Shown here: piece by piece, positions 1 through 11,900 of the stretch
How the letters are laid out: every line of letters starts with the position of its first letter
How positions within the stretch are numbered: position 1 is the stretch's first letter
NCBI RefSeq assembly: GCF_009834535.1
Contig: NC_045697.1
Coordinates: 54,190,001-54,254,000, forward strand
Direction of reading: 5' to 3'
Source: Camelus ferus
Lineage: Eukaryota
Length of the DNA: 64,000 nt
The notes under the pieces: generated by a model
Seen by the model: only the letters and a program-made list of their open reading frames with translations
Told to the model about the DNA's origin: nothing
The model's database searches: none
Translations under genes and position numbers: made by a program

Positions 1-151
1 ATACACAAAATGTTATAATAACTCACAGAGAAAAAACTGTGACAATGAGTGTGTATATGTCCATGAATAACTGAAAACTTGTGCTGAACACTGGAATTTG
101 ACACAACATTGTAAAATGATTATAAATCAATAAAAAATGTTAAAAAAAAAA
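1..151 (+). mobile_element. 3' end of an L1 (3'UTR, AATAAA, poly(A)); body lies left of the window
   Basis: Similar to the reverse complement of the L1 3'UTR at 11945-12090; AATAAA at 129-134 followed by an A tail to ~151. Confidence 0.85.
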
Positions 152-580
152 TCTCCAACTAGGATTGTATTCCCATCAATATCCCCCTTTATCCCTGTTG
201 GTAATTGTTTTATGTATTTAGGTGCTCCTATATTGGGTGCATATATATTAACAAGTGTAATATCCTCATCTTGTATCATTCCTTTAATCATTATAAAATG
301 TCCTTCTTTAACTTTATTTATGGCCTTTGTTTTAAAGTCTATTTTTTCTGAAATCAGTACTGCAACACCTGCTTTTTTGGCTTTTCCATTTGCATGGAAT
401 ATCTTTTTCCATCCTTTCACTCTCAATCTGTATGTGTCCTTCTCCCTAAAGTGGGTCTCTTGTATGCAGCATATTGAAGGTTCTTGCTTTATTATCCAGT
501 CTGCCACTCTGTCTTTTGACTGGAGCATTTAGTCCAATAACATTTCCAGTAATTAATGATAGATGTGTGTTTATTGCCAT
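148..580 (-). pseudogene. L1 ORF2p N-terminal APE endonuclease domain, frameshifted near 510 and interrupted at the GDF(N) motif
   Basis: ATG at 580 (MAINTHLSLIT..GLNAPVKR), then frame switch to RVADWI..CCIQETH..NIYAPN..ILVGDF. Confidence 0.9.
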
Positions 581-964
581 TTTGAACTTGTCTTTGCAGT
601 TGACTTGGTATTTCCTCTTTGTTCCTTTCTTCTTCCTTTTGTGGTTTGGTAATTTTCCTTTGTATTATCATGGATTTTACTTAGTTTTTGTGATTCCCTT
701 GTAAGTTTCTGGCTTGTGGTTACCCTTTTCTGTAACTCTATTAGCCCTCTACTATATCTCAAACCCATCTTACCGAAAACAAAAAAATTTGTAAAAGAAA
801 GAAATAAAATACTCTAAGAAAAAAAATACTTGCTTCCCTATCCCACTCTTAATGACTTAGATGCCTTCTTTTACAATTTTGTGTTTATTTTATTTGTAAA
901 TCATGAGTTATCATTTTTCCAGTTATGAGTTTCTCATATCTGTAGCATCCTGCTTCTTTTCTAT

Positions 965-1864
965 TTAGAGTAGACCTTTCAATATGTCTTTTAGCATGGG
1001 TTTAGTGTTGCTAAACTCTTTTAGTTTTTGTTTGTCTGTGAAATTCTTTATCTCTCCTTCTATCCTAAAGGATAGCCTTGCTGGATAAAGTATCCTAGGC
1101 TGCATCTTTTTTACATTCAGGACTTTGAATATATCTTGCCACTCCCTTCTGGCCTGTAGTGTTTGTGTAGAGAAATCAGCTGAGAGCCTTATGGGGGTTC
1201 CCTTGTAACTCACTCTTTGCTTTTCTCTTGCTGCCTTTAGGATCATTTCTTTATCCTTGACTCTGGCCATCTTGATTATGGTATGCCTTGGTGTGGGTCT
1301 GTTTTGGTTCTTCCTGTCTGGGACCCTTTGAACTTCCTGTACTTGGATATCTGATTCCTTCTTTAAGTTTGGGAAGTTTTCAGTCATGATTTCTTCAAAA
1401 ACCTTTTGAATTCCCTTTGATCTTTCTTCCCCTTCTGGGACCCTTATTACGCGAAGATTGGCACACTTTATATTATCCCATAGGTCCCTTATGTTGCTTT
1501 CATTTGTTTTTATTTGTTTATCTTGCAGTCGTTCTGATTGGGTGCTTTCTGTTGTCCTGTCTTCTAGGTAACTATTTCGTTCCTCTGCATTATCTAGTCT
1601 GCTTTGCACAGCCTTTAGATCCGTTCTCATCTCAGTCAATGAGTTTACCAGTTCTACTTGGCTCTTTATAGCTTCGATTTCATTTTTGACATATTTTATA
1701 TCTCTAAACACTATGTCTTTTAGTTCCTTCAGTACTTTGATCACTCCTTTTTTTAAATCTTGATCTAGTAGGTTATCGATATCTATTTCATTGATCATTG
1801 TTTCAGGGAATTTCTCTTGGTCTTTTAATTGGGAATGGTTTCTCTGCTTCTTCATCTTGCTCAT
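965..1864 (-). CDS. L1 ORF1p (RNA-binding, coiled-coil), open 299 aa frame
   Basis: Typical ORF1p motifs: NIRDLWDNIK..NLRVIRVPEGEE, ENFPNL, ILKAAREK, PIRLSADFS, YPARLS. Confidence 0.92.
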   Translation of the reverse strand: MSKMKKQRNHSQLKDQEKFPETMINEIDIDNLLDQDLKKGVIKVLKELKDIVFRDIKYVKNEIEAIKSQVELVNSLTEMRTDLKAVQSRLDNAEERNSYLEDRTTESTQSERLQDKQIKTNESNIRDLWDNIKCANLRVIRVPEGEERSKGIQKVFEEIMTENFPNLKKESDIQVQEVQRVPDRKNQNRPTPRHTIIKMARVKDKEMILKAAREKQRVSYKGTPIRLSADFSTQTLQARREWQDIFKVLNVKKMQPRILYPARLSFRIEGEIKNFTDKQKLKEFSNTKPMLKDILKGLL

Positions 1865-1984
1865 CTCTCTCTGGCACTCTGGCTTACAGAGTATCAGTTA
1901 TTTATTGTGGTCCTTAAAGGAGTTTATTTATTTATCTATCTAATGCCTATGTAGGGATAAAAGTTAAAAAATAAAAAAGAGAGA

Positions 1985-2730
1985 GAGAAAGAGAGTTTTA
2001 AAAGAAGGGAGAAAAAAAGTTGAAAACAGTGTATAATAATTATAGAGGTGTAATTTGAATCAGACTAGCATTCAAGTTGAGACATCTTTTTTAAAAACCC
2101 TTTTAAAAGAAGGAAAAAAGATCAGAAAATGATATTTGAAACCTATTTATAATCAATAACAGGAGATCAAAGCCAAAAGAAATAAAAATGAAATCAGGTG
2201 GATTTTAAAAAAAAAATAATATAAATACTTAAAAAAATTTAAAAGGAATTAAAACTAGAAGCATATACAATTGTTTATAAAGAAAAATTTAAAAAGGAAT
2301 TAAAACTAGAAGCATATACAATTTTTTAGAAAGTAGAAATTAAAAAGGTAATAAAAAATAGAACAGGCAGAAAAAGATATGATAAAGAGGGAGTTTTGAA
2401 AAATGGGAGAAAAAAAGGTTTGAAAACAGTGTATAATGAATAATTGAAGAGCAAGTTGAAGCAGAATAGCAATCGGGCTAAGACGTCTCTTAAAAACCTT
2501 TAAAAAAGGAGAAAAGAGGAAAAAAAACATTTGAAACCTGTGTATAATCAACAACAGGAGGTCAAAACCAAGAGAGAGAAAAATGACATGACGTGGATTT
2601 TTTAAAATAATAATATTTTTTAAAAGAAAAATTTAAAAGGGATTAAAACTGAGAGGATATATAATTGTTTGAAAGGTAAAAATTTAAAAAGTAATGGAAA
2701 ATACAACAGGTAAAAACAGATTTTTTAAAA
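1985..2730. repeat. AT-rich diverged tandem duplication (two ~350-395 bp units, with an inner ~50 bp duplication at 2233-2323) in the L1 5'UTR
   Basis: Blocks TTGAAAACAGTGTATAAT, TTTGAAACCT..TATAATCAA and GTGGATTTT recur in order in both units; AAAAGGAATTAAAACTAGAAGCATATACAATT occurs twice. Confidence 0.8.
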
Positions 2731-4840
2731 AGGGGGGGAGGGGGTGTTCTCCTGGAGACTGTGTGCTCTTACGGAGAAGTCTTTCTGTCTTCGCCCTGTT
2801 TCGCGAACTCAGCTTGCTGTTTTCATAGGCCCTCTGTTGGCGCCCTCATCTGTGCTGCTCCCAGTGCCCGTCGCCAAGCAGATCGTGCCTCCTCCCAGCA
2901 CAGCATTCCTGCTGGAAAAGCGAGGGACCACCTGCCATCTCCCAGTGCCTGTTGCTCCGCAGCTCCACGCCGCTGCGCGCTCCGACCCAAGTCAGCGCTC
3001 CCCAGGCGGACCCTGGGAAGACTGCAGAACAGCCCCGCCGCTGCTCCGTGTCTAAATTCAGCTCGTTTGTCCTGGCGGCACGAACTCTGCAAGGCACCAC
3101 GGCAGAAGGATCCTATCTGACTGCGGCTGCAAACAAGTCACTGTCTGGCCTTTGAGGGTGCCAAGCCCCCAGGCGCAGATTCAGGCCTGCAGATTCACCC
3201 CCCACCCCCACCTGGATGCCAAGTGCTGGAGGATATGGCAGCTGCACCTGAGCCCCAGCTCTCCTCACCAAAAACCTTCCGTGGGTTTTCAGAGATGGGG
3301 TATGCACCCTTCCCCCCAGGGCACATCAGCTGTGCTGTTTTACGGAGAGCCCAGGTTGTTCTGCCCTGTGCACCCACTCATCCACGTTGCGCAGCACCCT
3401 GCAGTCCCCCAGGGCTGCCTCAGCGCAGCCGTCCCTGTCCCCGTCCTCTGCCCGCTCCTGCAGCCTGTCCTGGCCCCCAGCTCCCACCTCGGGTCTCGGG
3501 CTGGGTGTTGCAGGGACCCTCTGTGCCCATTTAACTTAGTTCTATCAGTCAAGGGCTGCTCCGTACAGATCCGAGCCTCGGAGGCTCCCCCTCCTTCCCA
3601 TTGGCCTCTCCGTTGGAGAGGGGGAGACCCAGTGAATGAGCGCCAGTCCTCCTTTGCGCGTCCCTCCCTGCGGGACCGGTTCCACACTGTTTTGCCTTTT
3701 CGTCTCTCTTTTTGTCCTTTCTCCTACCAGATTTTTGGCATCTTTGTCTTTTGAAGAGGACAATGCTCTGTTGGAGTTCCGCAGGTGCTCTGGTTGGCTG
3801 GGTGGGTCCGTGGATGTGAGTCTTGGTGTATCTGTGGGAAAGGCTGAGCTACGAGCGTCCTACTACTCCACCATCTTGGCCCCATCTCCCCATGATCATT
3901 TATTAATTGTAATTATATGTTTCTGTTTTGCCAAAAACTTCTTTTCAAAAGAAAAGAGAAACTGAAATATGAATTTAAATGTTGATTGTCAAATTGACTA
4001 AAGGAAAGATTCACCACATGTTGAATGTCAAAGTGTTTGCAGAGGTGCTGATAAGTGCATTCATTCAAAGACATCACAGTTTCTGGCCTCAAATCTTTCA
4101 CTATCTAACAGGAGAAACATTTTGAAATTAAGCAAAACTAAAACTAAATGCCTGCTTGAAGGGAAAGCATGGGTCGAGGGTTGTTTGGTTGGTAGGGAAA
4201 TTAAAAGAAAACATCCAGGAGCAGTTATCTTAGAATGTAGGCTTTCAGAGTCTACGGACCCTGTGTAGTCAGATCCTAACTAAATGACTTGAACCTTTCA
4301 GTGAGGTGGATTTTGAATTGAGAACTGCACTACAAAGAAAGGAAACAATATTTTAGGCATGCGGGCAAAGACACAATGAGGAGAAAAGGATCTGATCAAC
4401 AGAAAAGGAAACTCAAAGACGCTGCTGTAGCTACAAAGGAAAGCGCATGGAGAGTCAGGGAAGCCCTTGAAAGAGGCAATGGCACAAATATGTTTTCATT
4501 TTCCCACGTTAAAGCTGGATTCCCCTTTAAGCAGACACAAATGAATTACTGGGCAGACATAATGAGTACACGTACCACCGCAGCAAGAAAAGTGAGTCAA
4601 GGAAACCCACTACGGAAATCTCGGATCTTGTTTCACACTTGCCTCTGACAGAAATAAAGGCAGGGCCTTAAGACCAGACTGTACTGACTCAGAACAGAGT
4701 GCCATCTCTTGAAAGACAAACAAAAACTGCTCCAAGGGTGTTGCTTAGGTTTTGGGCACAATATTATTTCTCATTTAATTAGCCAGAACCAGGAAATTCT
4801 TACTTCCTGCAACAAAGATTCTCAAGTGATTCTTTACCTC

Positions 4841-4891
4841 AAACCATACTGTTGGTTAAAGTTTACCCATCCCAACTTGTTAAACTAGTTT
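4841..4891 (+). promoter_or_regulatory. TMPRSS11G proximal promoter element (GRHL-like tandem site ACTTGTTAAACTAGTTT, 4875-4891)
   Basis: Aligns without gaps to 49221-49271 upstream of TMPRSS11A; 16/17 identity in the core. Confidence 0.6.
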
Positions 4892-5019
4892 ATTTTAAGT
4901 CCTTAAGTATTCTCTCTTTATCCAGTTTCCAAGTCTGAAAGAATGCCCAGGATGCTACTCATTTGACAAGAAATCACAAAGCAGCACAGAGGCAGAAGAG
5001 TCTGCATTCTCAACGGCGT

Positions 5020-5030
5020 ATGATGTACCA
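5020..5030 (+). CDS. TMPRSS11G: TMPRSS11G coding exon 1 (MMY, first two bases of Q)
   Basis: ATGATGTACCA|GTAAGT; phase 2 matches exon 2; same 11-nt structure as 49410-49420. Confidence 0.85.
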
Positions 5031-7312
5031 GTAAGTTTATTATTTTTTACATTTAAAAGACTTGTTTCAGATTTGTGGTTTCCAATTCAGGAAATTATTC
5101 TGAATTGTAAATTCAAAAGTTTTTTTCTCTATTGTTGAAGAAAATAACAACAGTAATGTTAATATTCTTATTTCAGGAAACAATGCTAATGATTTTTTAT
5201 TTAAGATTTGGTAAGTTTAACATGTTGGATTTTAATTGGAATATTTAATGTGAAAATGACATAATCACAGAGAAAGGAGGAAAAACAGAGAGGCTGAGGT
5301 AAAATTGTGTAAATTTGTAGGTGTGGAATGATGGAGAAAGTAAGAAGGTGTTTTCTCACCCTCAACTCAGAGTTTAGAATACATAATGCTGTTTCTGATC
5401 TTTCTAAATTATGCATTTGATACACTGAAAATGGAAGAAATACATAAGTTGTATAGAAAGTACTGTATTTTAATCCCCATTGTGAAACTGATAAATGTAA
5501 GTAAAACTTCAAAAAATAAGAATTTTAATGTCCTTTGAGAAATCATTTGCCTTTTAAAATAAAAAATTAAAGAACAATATAAGAATAATTTGTACATAAG
5601 ACTATAAAAAGTGAGAAGCAAATACTTCTAAGATTTTTGTTTTTAATGTATTTGGAAGGAAGTCTCTAGAAAATAAATCTTAAATGTTTTTAGCCCCCAC
5701 TCCCCTGTCTGATCTATTCTGTATTTTTCTACACCTTGAACATTAATTCTTCATATACAAATATGATGTTAATGAGTGCAAGTTGCTCAAGGTAATAAGG
5801 GAATTACAAATGTCTTTTCTAATGACTTTTAACTAGAGTTGCACTCTTTTCTTCACTGGTAATAATATAATATTGTATATAAAACTCAATAAAATACACG
5901 TGGATTTCTGGATCACAGTCTCCCCCATTAGTTACAATTCCTTATAATCATTCAAAATGTTCCCCTTGAATGACTAGCTCAGGGGCAGACCATTTGACTA
6001 AAAATGTTCCCCCTTCTCCCTGCTCACCTTAGAGGCACAAATTAAGGTTTAGGTTGCTAAAAAACAAATTAAACAAAAACAACTTTTCACATTTAATTGA
6101 TATTACTTCTAGAACTAGCACCCATTAGGATATTCTTTTCAAATGGACAATAATAGAAACAAAATGATAATTACTACTACTATTATTTTTATTTCAAAAT
6201 ATCTCTAATCTGCAGGGTGAAAATGGTGATTCCACACCAATAAAGAGAATTTAGTTAATCTATTTTTTGCTCTTCAGTATCTTTAATAGTCATGCATTTA
6301 CTCAAGAACTGCTATGTACCAGTCACCATTTTTGGCATTGGAGGGATAGGGATAAATAAACATACAGTTTTAATTCAGTTTCTTTTAAGGCTTATGTAAA
6401 TGTCAATTCTGGTTAAATGTTATAGCTGGTTAAAGGCAAAATAAATCTACCAGAAAGGTAAGGAGAGAAATGAAAGTGATGTAAAGGGAGAGAGACAGGA
6501 AAAATAGACTGAAGTAAAAAGCTGGGAAAGTAAAAGACCTTCATCTGGTCAATAGACTAAGGAACCATTTAGACCTCTCCATTCCTATTACTTTCCATTT
6601 TCAAGATTTTCAAAAATTTTCCCTCCAGATCTAACTAAAATCCTTAAAAACTCGATGGTCCCAATCCCTACTCAGATAAATTTTTGCCATATTGCCTTTG
6701 GCTTTCTTTGGCTTTGAGGCTCACAGGAATAGTAAGGGATGAGTGTGCTGGGCTGAGTGGAAGAGGTGTTGTTGAAAAGCTATCTCTACTCTCCATGGAT
6801 AATCCATGCCCCAGTGTAGTTAAGTCTCAGAGGGTTTTCTCCATTTGGAATATACAAATAACCCTTTATTTATTAGTTCTTGTCACCTGTGACTATTATG
6901 AAGAAAATATATCATACTTTTTGTTGTGCCTGCCAGTACCAATTAGAATGCCTGGCACATACTATGTTAGTTGAACGATTTAATTGTTCATCAAATTTAC
7001 TTGGGACTAATTCCCAACTAACAACTCATCAGCTACTGGTTGTTTGGATTTTCCTCATTAACTTAAAATTCACTTACCTAGAATTCATACTACCTTTAAA
7101 GACTCTTTTTTACACAGAAATACTTTATTTTTCTAGTAAGCCACTCTGTATTTAGACATAGTGATATATAGAGTTGTAAATATATTTATAATACTTAGTC
7201 CTTTTTTTCTTTCTTAAAAGTGAATAACTATGAAACAGATTCCTTGAATTATTGCATTCCTACAATGAGTTTCTAAAAAATTGTACAATTCTCTGCCTCA
7301 GAAATATCTTCT

Positions 7313-7660
7313 TTTTTAAAAAATTGAGATATAATTGACATATATCATTATAGTTTCAAATGTACCATATAATGATTTGACATTAGTATATCTTGTGAAA
7401 TGTTCACCCCAATGTCACACTGACACCTGTTATCATACCTAGTTACAAATTTGTTTCCTTGTGATGGAAATTTTAAGATTTACTCCCTTTGCAATTTTCA
7501 AATATACAATGCAGTATTATTAACTGAAACCATCATGCTGTACATTACAACCCCATGACTTATTTACTTTATAACTGTAAGTTTGTACCTTTTGACCCCT
7601 TTACCCATTTTGCCCATCTCTTACCCCAACCTCTGGTAACCACCAAGAGTCTCTTCTTGT
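7313..7660 (-). mobile_element. Old L1 3'UTR fragment (L1MA/MB-like)
   Basis: TTGAGATATAATTGACATAT..GTATTATTAACT..CATCATGCTGTACATTA..CTCTGGTAACCACC. Confidence 0.7.
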
Positions 7661-8929
7661 AATAACACCCATTAGTGGATTTTAAGTTATTTCCCACATT
7701 AATTGTTAAAATCAAGTTTGGATTTTATAGAAATGGCATAAAAGGACTCTGTCAAGTGAAAGCATGTCACTGTAGAAAACAGTGACTTTAATGACTTTAA
7801 TTTGAAAAGCAAACCTGTCATTATAATGAGAGGCTTCCCTCAGCTTCTGTAATAGCATCTGAGGCTCTAGGAATTCAGCATTGTGAATGTACTCCTAGGA
7901 CTGGATGTAAAACAATGAAAAGATAGATGGCCCCCAAACTGAATAAGAGTAATTAATATCTCTGAATAGCATAACTTCAAGTTTATAAATACACTTAAAG
8001 CTTTTTCAGAACACATACATATATTAAACATATATACCTAGATGTAAGACATGTATACACGTAGTAAGACTTAAGACACTATGTTTTACCTATGATTAAG
8101 TAGTTTACAGGAAAATGCCATGATAAATTGTTTTTAATTTAAGTGGCTTCTATTTTTAAAATTTTTCAATCATGTTAAAATTGATACATTATAAATAACA
8201 CTGTAATAATGAACATCCTTCTGGCTAGTTTTTGCACATATTCAAAATTATTTCCTTAGGATAAATTATCTTCTGCACTTTCACAATTTCTGGAATGTGC
8301 TACATCCAAACATTTTTTTCATTGAATAGTGTCTATATCCCTGGAAAATTGAAATATAGTTCTTTCTTCAGAACACAGAATTTTTTACAGCCTTCTCAAG
8401 GGTTTATTGTTGAGGATTTAGTTTTTGTCCTCCTCACTCCTCGATGCCACCCCAGATCATTACTCTCCACACCCTTGTGAACTGTCTTGTTATGTGAAGC
8501 TCAAACAATGCTGCTCACCACCCCTTTCCTTCTTCACTACTGTCCTCATAGACCCATGATAATGCCTTCTACTTATTAAAGACTGACACTCGCCTCCCTA
8601 TCTCATTCTCTTCTCCAAGTCTTACATTTACCCAAGGTAGCCTCAGTTCCCATGTGGTTGACTTCCAATGTTCTCGTCATTTGTTCCCTTAATTATCTCA
8701 TCTCTGTAATCTTCTCTTGAAATATTACTTTCATGCCCACACCCTAGATTTTGTCATGACTTGCAGTTATTCTCTCTGAATCATAACTTTGGACAACTAT
8801 CACTATCCTAACCTTCCTTCTTACAGTCTTAGTTACTTCTAATGCATAATGCATCAGCTTTTAAAATTATTATTCATTGGCTCTTCCAATCTATGAATTC
8901 TTCATATACTTCAGCTGTCATCTCCACCA

Positions 8930-8954
8930 AACACACACGCACACACACACACAC
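8930..8954. repeat. (CA)n microsatellite within degraded L2-like sequence (~8400-10050)
   Basis: ACACACACGCACACACACACACAC. Confidence 0.8.
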
Positions 8955-11900
8955 AGAGTCATCTTTGTTCCTCTTGTGATCCTTAGATTCATCATTCCAA
9001 CAAATTCAATGTCTTAAATTCCATTTAACTCTCTTGTCCCATATTTCTTTTATCATTCATACCTGGATAAATTCTACAGAGTCTGTAACTATCTGAACAA
9101 TGGCTCATCTCTGCCCAGACAGACCACTGAGGAACACTACAAATGTGCAGGAAGTGCCAGTTCTTCTGAGCCCTCAGCTCCACGTGCTATTTCTACTACC
9201 TTCCTTTAGTCTATATTCCTGTTTTCCACAATGACTATTTTCAACTTCTCCAGCCTCCTCAAACTTTCAATTCTCATCACCTGTCCTCTCATGTTTCTGC
9301 TACTTCAAGGAAATAATGTGGTGATCAGTTAGGTGAGAATTCCTTCAACTTCCTGACAACAAAGCAACAAACCTACTTACATCCATTCATACTCTCAAGA
9401 GGATGCCTACAGTTTGTTCAAGTTCTCCAATCTATTAGGTTGAACCATATGAAAATGTATATGACCACTTTGTCCTACACAAATAGTACACAAATATGTG
9501 TGAACTTAATAGTTTAGGATTTATGATCCTTCAGATATGCTCTCAACTCACAACTTCAGGACCTCTACTGGCTAGTTACACCATTGTAAGTATACTCAAA
9601 ACTTACCCACTCATAAGGAAAAATGTTCATCAACCCCATACACCTTGATAACTTGTCTCTTTTCCTATCCATAATCTAATTCATGAAAAAAAATGCTGAT
9701 ATCCACTGTCTCAGCTTCTCAGTTTCAATTATTCTCCAAACCCCTGATGTTTGGTTTATAACTCCACTATTCTGTTCCTTTACCTGTCATGGTCATCGTG
9801 ATTCACTACTGCTTAATCTAATGGATATTCTAAATTTTTAAATCATATTTGATTTCCAAACACCATTTGACACTGTGGATCAATCTCTCCTTGAATATCT
9901 TTCATCCTTTGTTTTCATATCATACTCATTTTCCTCCTTATTTCCTCTGTGGTTTTCAGGCTTCTTCATTTTTTGTCTATCTCTTAAAGGTTAGCCTTCT
10001 TTAGGATCATTCTCTGAGTCTTCTACTATTTCAACTAAAAAATATTCTTGAGCATCTACCACATTCCATGTGCTGAAAATACAATGATGAATTTGACAAA
10101 GTCTTGGCATTTTAAAGTGGTAAAGTAAAATTGCCAGATTGAAAGGAATGCATATTTAATGGAATATTCATGGTAAGTTAACCTACTCCTTTTCATATTT
10201 GTAACATATAACTTCCAATTTGTCATCTGACTTTTATTTATGAAAAGTTGATACATAGAAGATTTGATGCTATTGTTAGCTTGCCTTCCTTTTTAAAGTA
10301 GTCAAATTATTTAGTTTTTCCCTTTGTAATTTGTGCCTCTATATGTCATTTTTAGGAAATGGAGCTGTCATTCATAAATATGATGACAAAGAGTCAAAAT
10401 AAGCCAAGATCATGAGGAATTAACTTGTCTAATCTCCTAGCTCCAAGAAGTTTATAAGCAAAGGCAATAAATAACTCAAAACAGTGAAAACTATATACTT
10501 CATATAAGTAAGGCAGTTTTTAAAAGGAGAGTTCTCCTCCTCATGTGATGTTTAAATAGGATAAATTTATTTTAGTTTTTTTGAAGAGTGTTGATAAAAT
10601 ACAATACTTAAGTTTCCCTATAGGAATAAATAATGTACAATGATTATTTTATAGACTTATAAAAGAATATTTTGTAGCCTGAAAGTACTATTGCCTAATC
10701 CATCCACAATGAATCTTGTTTCACAAATTGACAACACAGGCTATATTCTTCTTGCCAGTTCATTAGTCATCTAAGGAGAAATGCCTTCCAAATTTCCTAG
10801 GTATTGACATATTACTGAGCTAAAATGTAATCTCAATTTTCATGTTTGGTAAATGAACTCGACAGAAAACTTCAAATCATACTTAGGGATGATAGAGAGT
10901 AAATACAGAGAAAATTTTTTACGCCAACCAAGTAACAGTAAGATGAGCTCAGTGCTATTTCAACAATAACATAAAAAGGTACTCAAGTATTACTAAAGAC
11001 AAGACTTGTAACTGAGCACGCGGTAGACGCACAAAGGAAACATGATCTCTGGTAAGTGGAAGAAAGAAAACAGTAAGTAGTAACAAATAGGATACAATTT
11101 AGAATTTAATCAATATTTAGCACAGGTATAATCAATGTACTTTAGCAGCATTATCTAAAAGATCAGTACTCACATTGCTAGCAATGTATGAGATGACTTT
11201 AGGTAGGATTTATTTTATATTAGAGAATATTTTATATTAGAGGTATATTAGAGAAGGTAAACTACTATATCAAACTCAGTATTTGGTAGGTATCATTGCT
11301 TAGGGGTTGGCTATCTTAAAATACGAGTCCATTTTAAAAATTTAAGGAAATCAATTTAGGGGTATTAGTGTTTATGGCAAAAATTGTGGTGATTGAAGCT
11401 GAAATTTGTAAAAAAAAAAAAACTTTAACAATTCAAAGAAAGAACAGTTAATTTCAAGCAGGACAGAAAATCAACACTTAAAATAGAGCATTTGGATGAG
11501 GTCTCAGAGATAAGTATATTTTTTATAAGTAGGGAAACAGGTCAAGGCAATTCTAGGCTGGGATTATTAGACTAAGAATGTAGAATGCCTCCTTAGTTAA
11601 TGTAATAGGTGTTTTGTTCTCTTTTGTTTTGTTTTTGAGTAGGCTGATAGCCTCAAGAAGAATGCAAAACACAAGCCCCTCTTTTTAGAACAAATGCTTA
11701 TTTTATCGGTTTATTATAGAGGGTATTTACATGCTTCAGCAGTCATAAAAAATGTATCACAAAAAGGCAGGAAAAAATTCTACGAATAATTTGATTTTTA
11801 AATTTCAATGTTGCTATTGCTATTGTCACTTTTTTTTTTTTCCTGGAGAAAAGATGTTTACACTGCACTAAAAAAAATTAAGTTTTCCTTTGTTTTTTGG

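Larger units (their letters stand above)
148..3891 (-). mobile_element. L1 copy 1: 5'UTR, ORF1, inter-ORF spacer and start of ORF2, interrupted at ~148 by another L1
   Basis: 5' end GGGAGATGGGGCCAAGATGG (YY1-like), CpG-rich 5'UTR 2740-3890, ORF1 965-1864, endonuclease-domain sequence 150-580. Confidence 0.95.

Noticed and set aside
2744..3763. Cluster of overlapping 60-200 aa ORFs (also at 13608-15002)
   Set aside because: GC-rich L1 5'UTR has few stop codons; the frames are not conserved between the two copies and show no protein motifs.
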